Positions 30,835 to 41,096 are shown, counted from the stretch's first letter. The stretch is 64,000 bases of DNA from Candidatus Poseidoniaceae archaeon (GCA_949372875.1 CASIAW010000007.1:24736-88735); one strand, 5' to 3'. Made by a program: numbers and translations. Notes: a model not told the origin generated them from the letters alone.

Positions 30835-32568
30835 TCAACTTCGTGAAGCAAGAATCAGTTCTTCAAGTGAAAAAGCAGGCATCATCATTGAAGCGTTGCT
30901 GGACTGAGTAACCACGCTATGGGTTAACGCCACATCGCCTCGGATGAATTTGATGTATCGCTGCTCTTCATTTTCTTCAAAAGGATGCAGACCAACGTTC
31001 TCTTGGTAAGCAATACCCACCCACGAACCATCTGGAGACATGACTGTTTCAAAGAAGTCGTGCAGTGCGTGTGTATCACCACTGCTTTCTTCGTATGCAG
31101 TGACGGTATGAAGGGGTGTTGGATCAGCGATTCTAAAGTCCCATTCATCACCCTCCATCGGATGGTGAAGAGCACCAGCATAGAGGTACCAATCCTTTCC
31201 AGCTACGTAACCGTCTTCGCTATTTTTCTGATCGAAATCAAGACCGTAAAAAGCCAAACTCACGACTTGATCTTCAGTAATTGATACGAATGGATACATG
31301 TTGATGCCGCGGTCAAATGCAGTAGCGTTCCAAGATTGCCAACTGCTACCGTTATCGTAAGACACGGCAATTCGCATAGCCCAAGCACCGGTGTTTCCAT
31401 TCGGACAATCTGCCCAAACAACGACCACCATACCGCCTTCGTTGTTGTTGACAACTGGATAACCTTCGGGACAGTTCCCCTCACGAGGACCCACTTCAAC
31501 AGGTGATTGCCATGTCCCGTCGCTCGGACTCGGGCCCGTTCCTCGGCCGTAGTCATCACTGATTCGAACTTGAACAACACCGGTTGAAGTATCTGCATCT
31601 TCTTGTGCTACAAAGACATAGGGGCCGTTGTTTTGACTGGAAATAGTTGACCAGCCCCCCGGCATGGCATAGCATTGAGAAAAGGGAGCACGACCGGTTT
31701 CGGAGTGATAATACCAGTATCGGCCACTGTCACCAGAGCATTCTGGAGGAGACGCACCTGAATTGCCAAGATAGTGGATGATTCCATCGCCTTGGGCAGC
31801 AACCCAAGGTCGGTCATCCGCAGCCATTGTTTGCATTCGCTCACAAACTGATGGTGAAATGTAGGTATTGCCTCCATCTTCAAACATATGCCACCAATTG
31901 TCCTCAAGAGTCGTATCCAGATAATAGACAACATCGTTTGCATCGACTGCAATATCGCCTTCATCGCCTAAACATTCTGATCCCGCACCAGCAGCTGAGC
32001 CGACAACGGAATTTCCTAAATTACCAGGAGTCGGGTTGAAGTTTTCACCATGACCCCACGTCTCACCGTTATCGTTTGAGACCCAAAACCATGAAGCCCA
32101 GTAATCCCAACTTGTCATTTCGCCATCTTGGCAAGCATACCACGTGTCAAGGTTTCCTCCGATAATTGGTGCGAATGGATTACCTTCTCCACCCCAACGC
32201 AAATCTTTGTGTGCAGTGACGAATAAATTGCCCTGACTGTCGATGGAAAGGCTCGGCTCATATCCAATGCCATAGCCTTCATACCCCGGGTCTTGACCGT
32301 TATCGGGGTCGATACATTCCTCGTGACGAGGCATGTATTCAGGTTCGTTCCAAGTGAAGTAGACTTGATCGCCTTTGAAGGATTCTTGTGATTCTGATTG
32401 ATTGAGCCCGTTTGACATTGAAGGGCCCCAAATAGCTGCGAGAAGTAGTGCGATAATGGCAACTGCGATTGTTGCTCCTATCGCCATATTGAGCTCTAGT
32501 TTGCCAGACACATCAGAGTCTGCAGATGTTTCAGCGAGTAAGATTCCCTCTGGGTCTTTGTTCGCCAT
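30835..32568 (-). CDS. BNR/Asp-box repeat protein (sialidase-like beta-propeller), N-terminally membrane-anchored or secreted
   Basis: The N-terminal hydrophobic segment is IGATIAVAIIALLLAAIWGP. Asp-box motifs are SNDNGETW, SYDNGSSW and others of the form S.D.G.TW. Confidence 0.7.
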   Translation of the reverse strand: MANKDPEGILLAETSADSDVSGKLELNMAIGATIAVAIIALLLAAIWGPSMSNGLNQSESQESFKGDQVYFTWNEPEYMPRHEECIDPDNGQDPGYEGYGIGYEPSLSIDSQGNLFVTAHKDLRWGGEGNPFAPIIGGNLDTWYACQDGEMTSWDYWASWFWVSNDNGETWGHGENFNPTPGNLGNSVVGSAAGAGSECLGDEGDIAVDANDVVYYLDTTLEDNWWHMFEDGGNTYISPSVCERMQTMAADDRPWVAAQGDGIIHYLGNSGASPPECSGDSGRYWYYHSETGRAPFSQCYAMPGGWSTISSQNNGPYVFVAQEDADTSTGVVQVRISDDYGRGTGPSPSDGTWQSPVEVGPREGNCPEGYPVVNNNEGGMVVVVWADCPNGNTGAWAMRIAVSYDNGSSWQSWNATAFDRGINMYPFVSITEDQVVSLAFYGLDFDQKNSEDGYVAGKDWYLYAGALHHPMEGDEWDFRIADPTPLHTVTAYEESSGDTHALHDFFETVMSPDGSWVGIAYQENVGLHPFEENEEQRYIKFIRGDVALTHSVVTQSSNASMMMPAFSLEELILASRS

Positions 32569-32600
32569 GATGAGTTGTAGCAGCCGGGGTGCTTTGGAGG

Positions 32601-33893
32601 TTACGCAGGAGAAGGCATTCCCTTTTCTGTGGTTTGAACAACATCCAAGTAGATTTTTTCGTAATCTTCTGCATTGTGCTCATAGGTATAGGTCTCAAGG
32701 ACTCGTTCTCGACCTCTGAGTGCTTGGGCAGTTCGACCTTCTGGGTCATCGAGAGAACGGCAGACTGCATCCGCTAAATCAGCCGGATTACCCGTTTCAA
32801 ACAATTCTCCAACCGTTGAATCAATCATTTCTGTGAGCGGGGCTTGGTCAACCGTAACCACAGGAGTTCCACTTGCCAATGCCTCTAATGGAATCAAACC
32901 TTGACCTTCATAATATGAGGGGTAGACGACTAAATCCGCAGACCGGAAATGTTGTGCTAAGTCATCAAAAGACATGCTGCTTCGAATAAATAAAGCATGT
33001 TCCACCCCTAATTTGCGGGCATTTTTTAGAAGACGCTTCTTCATATGACCTCTTCCAACAACGACGAGTCGGGCGCCTGGATGGCTTTCTAGAATCTTGG
33101 GCAAGGCCCTGATTAAAGTCATGTAACCCTTTCTAGCTACTAATCTTCCAACTGCCAAAATCATTGGAGTTTTGGTTTCAGGCATGTAACTCAAAGCTAA
33201 TTCATCATCGCAATCATAATTTTTACGTAACTTCTCATGACTCAATTGTTCCTCTTCATCATCCTGATTTGGTGGCCTGAAGACCTTATGATCGCAACCC
33301 CACAAAACGACTTCACATCTGAAATCTTTCGAGGGGTCATACCATTCTTCGAACTCTGAAAGAGTGGATTTAGAATTAGCAACACACACACTTGATTCGA
33401 GTATTCCTGCTCTTTCATACTTGGAATAATACTTACCCGTCAGCCTGATAGCAAGGTCGTTTGGATTTCTCCAAGTAGCGGATTCTTTCGCCTTAGCTGC
33501 CCGAATCACACCTTGCTTCTCCCCCAACCATGAACCATGGAGAGATGAACAAACTGGAGCGATATGTTCTTCCATAAATCTGAATTCCTTCCGAGTAAAA
33601 GATGCCAAAGGAAGATGAATATGTATGGCATCAACCGGCTCTCGACTATGCAGGTGCTTGAGAGCAAGTAAGGCATGCTTCCCGTAGGAACGGGTGAACG
33701 CCATTGGAGCTTTCAGCCAAGGAACTTCAATCACCGAAACGCCTTGTTGAGGTGGAGCCCTGTCTTTGTGAGTTCGAGTGATGATGCTCACTCGGTGTCC
33801 ACGAGCAGCGAGGTGGCCTGCAAGATGGAACACAACAGAGCCAATACCACCCCATCGGGGGGGGTATTCACCGGACACCATGGCAATGTGCAT
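32601..33893 (-). CDS. Glycosyltransferase family 4 (GT-B fold, group 1)
   Basis: The C-terminal motif EGQGLIPLEALASGTPVVT (EX7E) is present. The N-terminal start MHIAMVSGEYPPRWGGIGSVV at 33893 was chosen because the longer ORF overlaps the divergent GT2 gene. Confidence 0.85.
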   Translation of the reverse strand: MHIAMVSGEYPPRWGGIGSVVFHLAGHLAARGHRVSIITRTHKDRAPPQQGVSVIEVPWLKAPMAFTRSYGKHALLALKHLHSREPVDAIHIHLPLASFTRKEFRFMEEHIAPVCSSLHGSWLGEKQGVIRAAKAKESATWRNPNDLAIRLTGKYYSKYERAGILESSVCVANSKSTLSEFEEWYDPSKDFRCEVVLWGCDHKVFRPPNQDDEEEQLSHEKLRKNYDCDDELALSYMPETKTPMILAVGRLVARKGYMTLIRALPKILESHPGARLVVVGRGHMKKRLLKNARKLGVEHALFIRSSMSFDDLAQHFRSADLVVYPSYYEGQGLIPLEALASGTPVVTVDQAPLTEMIDSTVGELFETGNPADLADAVCRSLDDPEGRTAQALRGRERVLETYTYEHNAEDYEKIYLDVVQTTEKGMPSPA

Positions 33894-33998
33894 GTATGCT
33901 GCAGAGGGCCCGGTGGTTTCAATGTCACCGATAACAATCTCAAAAATATCGACTTTTGAACCCAATGCCTTCAAGGAGGTGAGTAAAGTGGGCGTAAC

Positions 33999-34775
33999 AT
34001 GGGCGATAAACTCCCTGTAACGGTCACGGTAATTCTTCCGACTCGAAATGAAGAAGAGGCGCTCGGACCTACGATAGATGCAATCCCGCGTGGATGGTGT
34101 AAAGACCTTGAAATTATGATTGTCGACGGTAATTCTACCGACCGCACTCGTGAAATTGCGCTTGAAAAGAAGATTCGAGTCCACCTTGAAAGTCGAAAAG
34201 GATACGGGCGGGCCTACAGAACAGGGTTTGATGTTGCTAAAAATGATATTATTGTCACCATGGATGCTGATTGCACTTATCCTGCAGAATTGGTTCCCAC
34301 CTTGGTAAAGCGTCTGCTTGATGATGATCTTGATTTCATCACCTGTGACCGCCTCTCACTTGCTGAAGATGGGTCGATGTCCGGAATCCACGGATTTGGG
34401 AACTGGGCGCTCTCTTTCACCGCTCGTTTGTTGTTTGGATATGGGATAAAAGATTCTCAATCAGGCATGTGGGTATTCCGAAAGTCTATTTTCAACAACG
34501 ATGCTATGCGCCCAACGAACGATGGGATGCCTCTCTCCGAAGAAATGAAAATCCTTGCTCGCCGGGTACTCGGTAAAGACAAGGCGGTCGAAATCTCAGT
34601 CCCATATCGCCCACGTGTAGGCGAAGCAGAAATCCATACTTGGGGCGACGGTTGGAAAAATTTCAAGTTCCTGTTTGCCCGTCGAATAGGCCTTCATCGA
34701 ACTGTTTCACCTTGGGGTGGTCGTGAATCAAACCCAGATTCATTGAACAAAGATTTGCCTGAGCAAAAGAAGTGA
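33999..34775 (+). CDS. Glycosyltransferase family 2 (dolichyl-phosphate sugar synthase-like)
   Basis: Motifs VTVILPTRNEEEAL and the DXD motif VTMDADCTYP are present. An AGGAGG-like sequence lies about 20 nt upstream. Confidence 0.85.
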   Translation: MGDKLPVTVTVILPTRNEEEALGPTIDAIPRGWCKDLEIMIVDGNSTDRTREIALEKKIRVHLESRKGYGRAYRTGFDVAKNDIIVTMDADCTYPAELVPTLVKRLLDDDLDFITCDRLSLAEDGSMSGIHGFGNWALSFTARLLFGYGIKDSQSGMWVFRKSIFNNDAMRPTNDGMPLSEEMKILARRVLGKDKAVEISVPYRPRVGEAEIHTWGDGWKNFKFLFARRIGLHRTVSPWGGRESNPDSLNKDLPEQKK

Positions 34776-35579
34776 TTACTCGACCACAATATCTTCAAGA
34801 CCTTCTGCTGGTTCTGGCCATTTCATGTTGAATTGGTCCATTGTTTCCACGATGAGAGATGAAATGAGTTCATTTCGGTATTTCTTATTGTTTGCTGGAA
34901 TGACATACCACGGGGCTGAATCTGTTGATGTGCGCTGAAGCATGGTTTCGAAAGCATCCTGGTAGTCATCCCAGTAAGCTCGTTCCTTGAGATCACTCAT
35001 CTCGAACTTCCAATTCTTTTCAGGTGTGTTCAGTCGGTCTTCTAGTCGGCGCTTTTGTTCATCTTTCGTAATGTGAAGAAAAATTTTGATAATTGTGGTA
35101 CCTTCATCAACCAACATTTGCTCAAAGTTACGAATGTGAGCATAGCGTTTCTCAATCTGTTCTTCAGAGACATACCCGTGTACTTTGACAACGAGAATAT
35201 CTTCATAGTGGCTTCGATTGAATACAGCGATTTCCCCATTTGCAGGTACGTGAGGGTGGACTCGCCACAGGTAGTCATGGGCCAGTTCAATGTTCGTAGG
35301 GCGCTTGAAAGGTTGAACATTGAAACCTTGAGGGTTTGTCCTTCCAAAGACAGCTCGTAGAGTACCGTCTTTACCACCCGTATCAATGGCTTGTAAAACC
35401 ACCAAAAGGCGTTGCTTCTGTCCAGCCCACATCAGTTCTTGTAAAGTCCGAATACGCTTCGTGAGGGCTTTCACCATCTTTTTTGAAACATCTTTATCAA
35501 AATCTTCAGGGGCATCGGTAGCAGCGTCTGCAAGAGAAAACTTGTCTCCTTGGGTTACCCGAAACGGCGAAGTGTCCAT
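34776..35579 (-). CDS. Polyphosphate kinase 2 (PPK2) family phosphotransferase
   Basis: The Walker A-like motif IDTGGKDGT, the lid region and the 267-aa length are typical of single-domain PPK2. Confidence 0.85.
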   Translation of the reverse strand: MDTSPFRVTQGDKFSLADAATDAPEDFDKDVSKKMVKALTKRIRTLQELMWAGQKQRLLVVLQAIDTGGKDGTLRAVFGRTNPQGFNVQPFKRPTNIELAHDYLWRVHPHVPANGEIAVFNRSHYEDILVVKVHGYVSEEQIEKRYAHIRNFEQMLVDEGTTIIKIFLHITKDEQKRRLEDRLNTPEKNWKFEMSDLKERAYWDDYQDAFETMLQRTSTDSAPWYVIPANNKKYRNELISSLIVETMDQFNMKWPEPAEGLEDIVVE

Positions 35580-35622
35580 AGTATCATGGCCTCTATCTTA
35601 GATTAAAGAATTTACGAGGTAC

Positions 35623-35958
35623 TCATACGTTGTCCCAGTCAAGGTCAATACCAGCCACAGGCTGAGTGTCAGCCGCTGAGTCTTCAAGAACTGGCTTTGC
35701 TGAATCAAGTATTTCTTCTTCTGCAAGAACCTCTTCTGCACCTTCAACTGCACCACCTTCAAGTTCGTCTCGCTTTTTGTCATCGTTCGAAGAAGGTTTG
35801 AAACCGCCGAATGAATCCCAAGTGTCAATCATTGCAAGTTCAGCCTTCTTTTGACGACGTAATGCAATAACGGCAATAACGACAAGAATACCGACGAAAC
35901 CTGAAGTGGCTGCAACGAACATGGCAACTCTGCTGTCGGATTCCGCCTGCTTCAACAT
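35623..35958 (-). other. Detached C-terminal TM anchor plus acidic cytoplasmic tail of the upstream 1,554-aa adhesin, lying in a different reading frame. This implies a frameshift near 35940-35990.
   Basis: The segment encodes ...AESDSRVAMFVAATSGFVGILVVIAVIALRRQKKAE plus an acidic tail. This is the same TM-RR-acidic architecture seen at the C-termini of the other giant surface proteins. The big ORF instead ends in the nonsensical Cys/Arg-rich tail CHVRCSHFRFRRYSCRYCRYC. Confidence 0.55.
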
Positions 35959-38900
35959 AGAGTGTGATACTGAGAATATCGATCATCGGGTCAGCGCCTG
36001 TCCCGTCGGTTGCAATGACTTTCAAATTCGGACGACCTGCAGCATCAGGGTTCATCTCAACGCTGCCTTCCCAGTAGCCATCACCGTCTTCATCTGTGAG
36101 ATTAAACGCCCAGTTCTGAACGTTAAAAACAACCGTTGCTCGAACACTTTGAGTCGTCCCATCAGGGTCACTCATCATCACTCGAACAGAAAAAGTGTTT
36201 TTCTGTTGTGCAAGAAGTGTATCTGGCATAACGGTGAGATTGGAAAGTTTTGGAAGACTCGATTGAACTGTAATGTTGGTATGAACTTCGTCACTTGCTC
36301 CACGGCTGTCTTCGACATAGAGTGAGAGGTGATGCTGACCCGGAGGGAGTTGAATCGAATCAGTACTCATGGTTGAGACGATTTCATAGTCTCCAGTAAC
36401 CAACCACCGGCGCCATTCACGTGTTTCCATATCACCATCAGCATCGGAAGACTGCTCTTCTAAGACCACAAATTCACCAGGTGCTACCGAGAAGAGATTT
36501 GACGGTTGAAGTAAGAGTGCAACGGGGTCTGATTGTCCAATTGTAAGACTCACGAAGGAGATTTGTTCATCTCCGGTGTCATCTGTAAGAGTGATTTTGA
36601 TGGTGTGCTCTCCAGCAGGAAGAGGTGAAGAGTGAACTTGAGAGGTCGAAACATCACTCAACAATGGCTCAGTGAGCAAATCACTTCGAATGGTCATTGT
36701 AAACGAATCGCCGTCATAATCCACCGATTGGCGAGCGTCCCATTGAATCGGGTAACTGGAAGAATAGGCATCGCCGTCGGCAGGGGAATCGAGAGTTAAT
36801 TGCGGCGCCGAAGTCAGAACTTCAACGGTTCGTGAAACGTTGACTGGCTGATGTATGCCATCATCGAGACTGAGCGTTATCGTGTGCGTTCCAGCACTCA
36901 AACGCCCCTCGAAAATGAGCCAGTCTTCACCCTCTGGAGTAAGGCGTCCGTCCAAATCGCTGTTCCAAACCACAACCAAATATTCCGAGCCGCTGAAAGG
37001 TTCTGAATCAGCACAATGCCAGATTCCATCCATTGGGAAGGTAGAGCATGCAGAATCGTAATCACCCGAAGAATTAGCAGAGAACCATATCAGTTCCGAG
37101 GATACGTACGTTTGTGTGGAAAGTGGAGTTTCAATATTTGACTGTGGAAGCGAATTCTCAACGTCCACTAGCAGCGACGCAACCTTTGTGTCGTTGATAT
37201 GTTCTGGTCGGTTATCGACTACCCTCATTTCTATAGAATGAACGCCTCTGGAAAGGTGTCCAGTCCACGTTTTGCCGGCCTCGGTATTATTCCAGGAGAG
37301 TTGACCGTCAAGGCTTGACCAAAATTCAACCTCAAGAATATCCCCCTCAGGGTCGATAGTTGCCGTTCCATCGAGTGTGACTTCATCTTCACTAGCATTC
37401 CCAAGACGAGTTAATGTGAACACGGGGTCTGGAACTTCATTATACAGTTCTACTGGAATTGTGTACGTGGATGGAGGGTTAATGCCATCAGAGGCGTAAA
37501 TCACTACATCAAAAGTAGAAGGAACTGTTTCAGCCATTGAAAGGTTCATCCAAATTTCTGTGGGACAGTCGGTGATTGAACTTTCTGAGGTAACCGATTG
37601 ATACGAGCGGTCAATCCAACACGACAGCGTATCTCCTTCTGGATCAAAAGTTCCAGTGAGGTTGAAGAGAACATGTTGGGTTCGGGGAATCACAAGTTCT
37701 GACCATGGCGTCAATTCAGGAGTAACCTCGAAGACAATTGTAGGCGCTTGATTGACAAGTTCGATTGTTCGGCTTTCAGAAACACAGTGTCCGTAATCGT
37801 CACATATTTCCAAAGAGATGATATGAATTCCATCTGAGAGAGTGCAATTCCCTGCATGGTTCCCATTTACAGTGAATGGATACCCTCTCGTCACATTGTA
37901 TTGATTTTCAAACCCTTGACCTTGCCCAGTGCAAGATGCCAAAATATCGCCATCGAGGCTACTTGTCCATGCGAAAGTAAGTTCATCGTCATCGAGATCC
38001 CAAGAATCTGAGGCATTGAATTCGACAGAGCCTTGCGATGAGAACACCGAAGAATCAGAGGGAGAAGTCCACATGAGGAAAGGTGGTTGATTGTCGAGAG
38101 GGAGAACGCAATTGACAAATCGGTCTTGATCAAGCGTTACAGTCGTAGAATTGGATACACTGTCGTATCCACAGGAAACGGTCACTGTTGTGAAACTCGA
38201 AGCGCCCGTATTGGTCCATCGTTGACCTATGAAGTTTGGAAGAGAGCGATAACCGAACTCATTGCTCGAGTCTTGAACCGTGCTTTCAAATTGGGAAAAA
38301 GCGGCCTCAACATTTGCCCTTGGAACACCGTTACTGTTGTTATTTATGACCCAGACATTGATGTCATAAGCAACATCTACGGTTGCACCGGATGCGATGG
38401 TTGGATACGATTGGTTCAAATCGATGTTCACAGGTTGATGTAAATGCAAATTCGAATTCGAATCGAGTTGGAGAAGGGTTGAAGTCAGCCCAGAATCTGT
38501 AAATCCGGACCAATTCACCTGACTGTTAACAAATTGTATTGTTCCTGTACAATCCGTGGCAATTGCATTCCCATTTCCGGACAGGTCAAGGTGGTTTGAA
38601 ATCTGAAGACAGCCAGTACCACTGAAAGAGCTGTTACTAAGTTCTGAAGGGTAATTGTTGTTGTTTTGGCCATCCCATTCAATTCCTGAATGGTTACCAT
38701 ACATCATCAATCCATCAATTGAAGCGGCGGCTTGGTTGATGAGTAGTGCAGGTGCTCCCGCCCCACTTCCTCGCTCGGTGTGGATTTCAAGGTCTTCGAT
38801 GTGGATGACGCCTCCTTGTTGACCGAGATTTAAGCCAGAGTTGTCTGCCGCAAGCGGTGCGAAATCTTCTCCATTTTCAGCGAGATAAATATCGCTTAAC

Positions 38901-40504
38901 CAAAGGTCTGCTGAATCACGAATGAGAATACCAGAGCCTGCAGAGCCAGTCACCTCACAATTGGAACAACCAACATCAAGTTGAGGGTGAGTTACAGTCT
39001 TTGAGCGATCGAAAAACATCCCTGCTTTTTGGTCATCCGTATTTCCATTCAATCCGTTGTTCGTCACTGTGAGGTTTTGCAGGTCAGTATCAATATTGTC
39101 GAGGAGATGAACACCAGAATGACCGTTATTCTCCATTGTTGAATCATGAATACTCACTGAGGAATAATCCAAGTATAATCCATCTTCAGAGTTATTGTGA
39201 AGATATAATCCACTTGCTTCCCATTCCGCTTTGTATGAATGTATGCCCGGTCCGACTGAGCCCGATATTTCAAGACCGTCAAACACGGGAGCTGATGTAA
39301 AAATCCACGTAATAGCAAGACCTGCTTTATGCGGACCTTGACCTGGGTCCCCCGAATCGCGAATGGTAAGGTTACGGAACGTCGTCGATGAATCGGCATA
39401 ATACAAACGCACACCTGTCGAGGTGGAGTTTTCAATCAGCGTGTTCTCAAACCAAGCTCCGGTTGAGTTGACATCGATTGCTGCATACGCAATGTTGGCC
39501 GTCTTTGCTCCAACTCCACCAGTGCCTGTTACGGTTAAGTTTGTGAAATCAGCTGTTTCATAATTGGTATAATTGGAGTGGTTTTCTTTATCGACATAAA
39601 CGCCTCGATACATGGAATTAGAGACAGTACAATCTCTGAAGACTGCACGAGTGTATCCACTGTCATCAATATGGCGAACGACGATGCCATAGTCTGAACG
39701 GTCGACAGTCAAGTTGATCAACAACGGCTGGCTATCTTCAATCCAAACGCCTGCTGAAATCTCCCAACTCGAGCCACTGATATTACTCATTACAAGATTA
39801 CGCAGAATGCCACCGGAGCCACCCCAGATGTTGATTGCTCGAGTAAGGTGGTCAGTGAAGGTGGCACCGTCGACAATTGGAGTCGAACCAGAACCAATCG
39901 ATAAGCCCAAACCGTATCTCCAATCACCTTGGAAAGGGAGAACTCGTCCCGCTTGGTTGATGACTAAATCATATATTTGCGGTGCAGAATTGCTGAACAT
40001 GTCAATGCCAACACGGTCTGGATTGAGGATGGTTAAATTATGAATCACTGGGTTTGCACCATACATTGTAATACCGTATATTGAATCTTCAATCGACAGA
40101 TTGTTGAGGACGGAACCTCGATTGTTTGAACTGCTGTTGAATTGGATACCCTCATGGTCAGAACCCGTCAATGAACTCAACGTAACGGGACACGTAACTG
40201 TACCTTCAACTGTTAAACGCCCTTCGACATAAAGTCGAGCACCTGAGCCCATTTCGACTTGTGTACACGCTGAAATAATCAATTCATCAAAGACCGAGAC
40301 CGTATATGTGGAAGTGATTGTGACCGAACCTGTCCACGTTGTCTGAGCACGAGCACTAGTGGACTCTGGTATGAGAGAAATCTCTAATTCAGTCGAAGGC
40401 TCCTCTCCGTCATAAACTGAAGAAGATAGACTCGTGAAAGGGGCTCCGAGCATCAAAAAAAGAACAATCCAAATCCCAAAAGAAGAACGATTTTGAAGGT
40501 CCAT
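35840..40504 (-). CDS. Giant (~1,554 aa) secreted adhesin-like protein with a right-handed parallel beta-helix (pectin-lyase-like/PbH1) region followed by multiple Ig/PKD-like domains. It is probably disrupted near the C-terminus.
   Basis: A signal-peptide-like N-terminus MDLQNRSSFGIWIVLFLMLGAPFTS follows ATG 40504 (alternatives 40528/40645). Periodic N..G....S repeats mark the beta-helix, and long Thr/Ser-rich beta domains follow. The C-terminal 40 aa are non-biological, indicating the frameshift. Confidence 0.8.
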   Translation of the reverse strand: MDLQNRSSFGIWIVLFLMLGAPFTSLSSSVYDGEEPSTELEISLIPESTSARAQTTWTGSVTITSTYTVSVFDELIISACTQVEMGSGARLYVEGRLTVEGTVTCPVTLSSLTGSDHEGIQFNSSSNNRGSVLNNLSIEDSIYGITMYGANPVIHNLTILNPDRVGIDMFSNSAPQIYDLVINQAGRVLPFQGDWRYGLGLSIGSGSTPIVDGATFTDHLTRAINIWGGSGGILRNLVMSNISGSSWEISAGVWIEDSQPLLINLTVDRSDYGIVVRHIDDSGYTRAVFRDCTVSNSMYRGVYVDKENHSNYTNYETADFTNLTVTGTGGVGAKTANIAYAAIDVNSTGAWFENTLIENSTSTGVRLYYADSSTTFRNLTIRDSGDPGQGPHKAGLAITWIFTSAPVFDGLEISGSVGPGIHSYKAEWEASGLYLHNNSEDGLYLDYSSVSIHDSTMENNGHSGVHLLDNIDTDLQNLTVTNNGLNGNTDDQKAGMFFDRSKTVTHPQLDVGCSNCEVTGSAGSGILIRDSADLWLSDIYLAENGEDFAPLAADNSGLNLGQQGGVIHIEDLEIHTERGSGAGAPALLINQAAASIDGLMMYGNHSGIEWDGQNNNNYPSELSNSSFSGTGCLQISNHLDLSGNGNAIATDCTGTIQFVNSQVNWSGFTDSGLTSTLLQLDSNSNLHLHQPVNIDLNQSYPTIASGATVDVAYDINVWVINNNSNGVPRANVEAAFSQFESTVQDSSNEFGYRSLPNFIGQRWTNTGASSFTTVTVSCGYDSVSNSTTVTLDQDRFVNCVLPLDNQPPFLMWTSPSDSSVFSSQGSVEFNASDSWDLDDDELTFAWTSSLDGDILASCTGQGQGFENQYNVTRGYPFTVNGNHAGNCTLSDGIHIISLEICDDYGHCVSESRTIELVNQAPTIVFEVTPELTPWSELVIPRTQHVLFNLTGTFDPEGDTLSCWIDRSYQSVTSESSITDCPTEIWMNLSMAETVPSTFDVVIYASDGINPPSTYTIPVELYNEVPDPVFTLTRLGNASEDEVTLDGTATIDPEGDILEVEFWSSLDGQLSWNNTEAGKTWTGHLSRGVHSIEMRVVDNRPEHINDTKVASLLVDVENSLPQSNIETPLSTQTYVSSELIWFSANSSGDYDSACSTFPMDGIWHCADSEPFSGSEYLVVVWNSDLDGRLTPEGEDWLIFEGRLSAGTHTITLSLDDGIHQPVNVSRTVEVLTSAPQLTLDSPADGDAYSSSYPIQWDARQSVDYDGDSFTMTIRSDLLTEPLLSDVSTSQVHSSPLPAGEHTIKITLTDDTGDEQISFVSLTIGQSDPVALLLQPSNLFSVAPGEFVVLEEQSSDADGDMETREWRRWLVTGDYEIVSTMSTDSIQLPPGQHHLSLYVEDSRGASDEVHTNITVQSSLPKLSNLTVMPDTLLAQQKNTFSVRVMMSDPDGTTQSVRATVVFNVQNWAFNLTDEDGDGYWEGSVEMNPDAAGRPNLKVIATDGTGADPMIDILSITLYVEAGGIRQQSCHVRCSHFRFRRYSCRYCRYCITSSKEG

Positions 40505-40619
40505 GTCTTCCGCTGTATGAAAGAGCATTTGAAGGGTTCTATGAAATGTGAGAAACGGTATCATTGAGCCCAAGAGTTTCCTTCGATAGCAATAAGACCG
40601 GTCCGCAATTCGGCTGTTT

Positions 40620-40853
40620 ATGCCCGAAGCGTTTGTGTTGTTCAAAACCCAACCTGCTCACGAGCGAGAAGTCTACCTTTCATTGATGGAACATTCAGCC
40701 GTTGCGGAAGTTCATGCACTTTACGGTGAATTTGATTTAGTCGTTCGTTTGTCTGTGGAAAACTCCCAAAACCTCACCAAAATGTTGATGACCGATTTTC
40801 GCCAAATCCAAGGAGTTAAAGATACTCAAACACTGATTGCAGTGGAATACTGA
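40620..40853 (+). CDS. Stand-alone Lrp/AsnC ligand-binding (RAM) domain protein, 77 aa
   Basis: The protein shows the betaalphabetabetaalphabeta RAM pattern: VLFKTQPAHEREVYLSLMEHSAVAEVHALYGEFDLVVRLSVENSQNLTKMLMTDFRQIQGVKDTQTLIAVEY. It has no HTH. Confidence 0.7.
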   Translation: MPEAFVLFKTQPAHEREVYLSLMEHSAVAEVHALYGEFDLVVRLSVENSQNLTKMLMTDFRQIQGVKDTQTLIAVEY

Positions 40854-40862
40854 GGTGAATGA

Positions 40863-41096
40863 ATGGCTATTGGATTTGTATTGATTACGACGCAACCCGG
40901 CTCTGAAAGTTTGGTTAGACGCGCATTAGATGGAATTGAATACGTTACTGACCGTTGGATGTTATTTGGAGAATACGACCTCATTGCCCGAGTCCAAGCG
41001 GATGATGAGTTTGCACTTACGCGATGTATTGTCGAAGAGATCCGTGTGCTTGACGGCATCAGTGATACCAAAACTCTGATTGGCGCTGAACTTTAA
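40863..41096 (+). CDS. Second stand-alone Lrp/AsnC RAM-domain protein, 77 aa, in tandem with the first
   Basis: The sequence is FVLITTQPGSESLVRRALDGIEYVTDRWMLFGEYDLIARVQADDEFALTRCIVEEIRVLDGISDTKTLIGAEL. It lies 9 nt after the first gene's stop, preceded by an SD-like ggtgaatgaATG. Confidence 0.7.
   Translation: MAIGFVLITTQPGSESLVRRALDGIEYVTDRWMLFGEYDLIARVQADDEFALTRCIVEEIRVLDGISDTKTLIGAEL

Noticed and set aside
35598-35828. 76-aa ORF on the minus strand
   Set aside because: It overlaps, in another frame, the far more plausible TM-anchor ORF 35623..35958 and has Lys/Leu-rich nonsense composition.
40501-40645. N-terminal 47-aa extension of the 1,601-aa ORF (MNNTNASG...)
   Set aside because: It overlaps the divergent RAM-domain gene start at 40620. 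A signal-peptide-like Met at 40504 is the more credible start.
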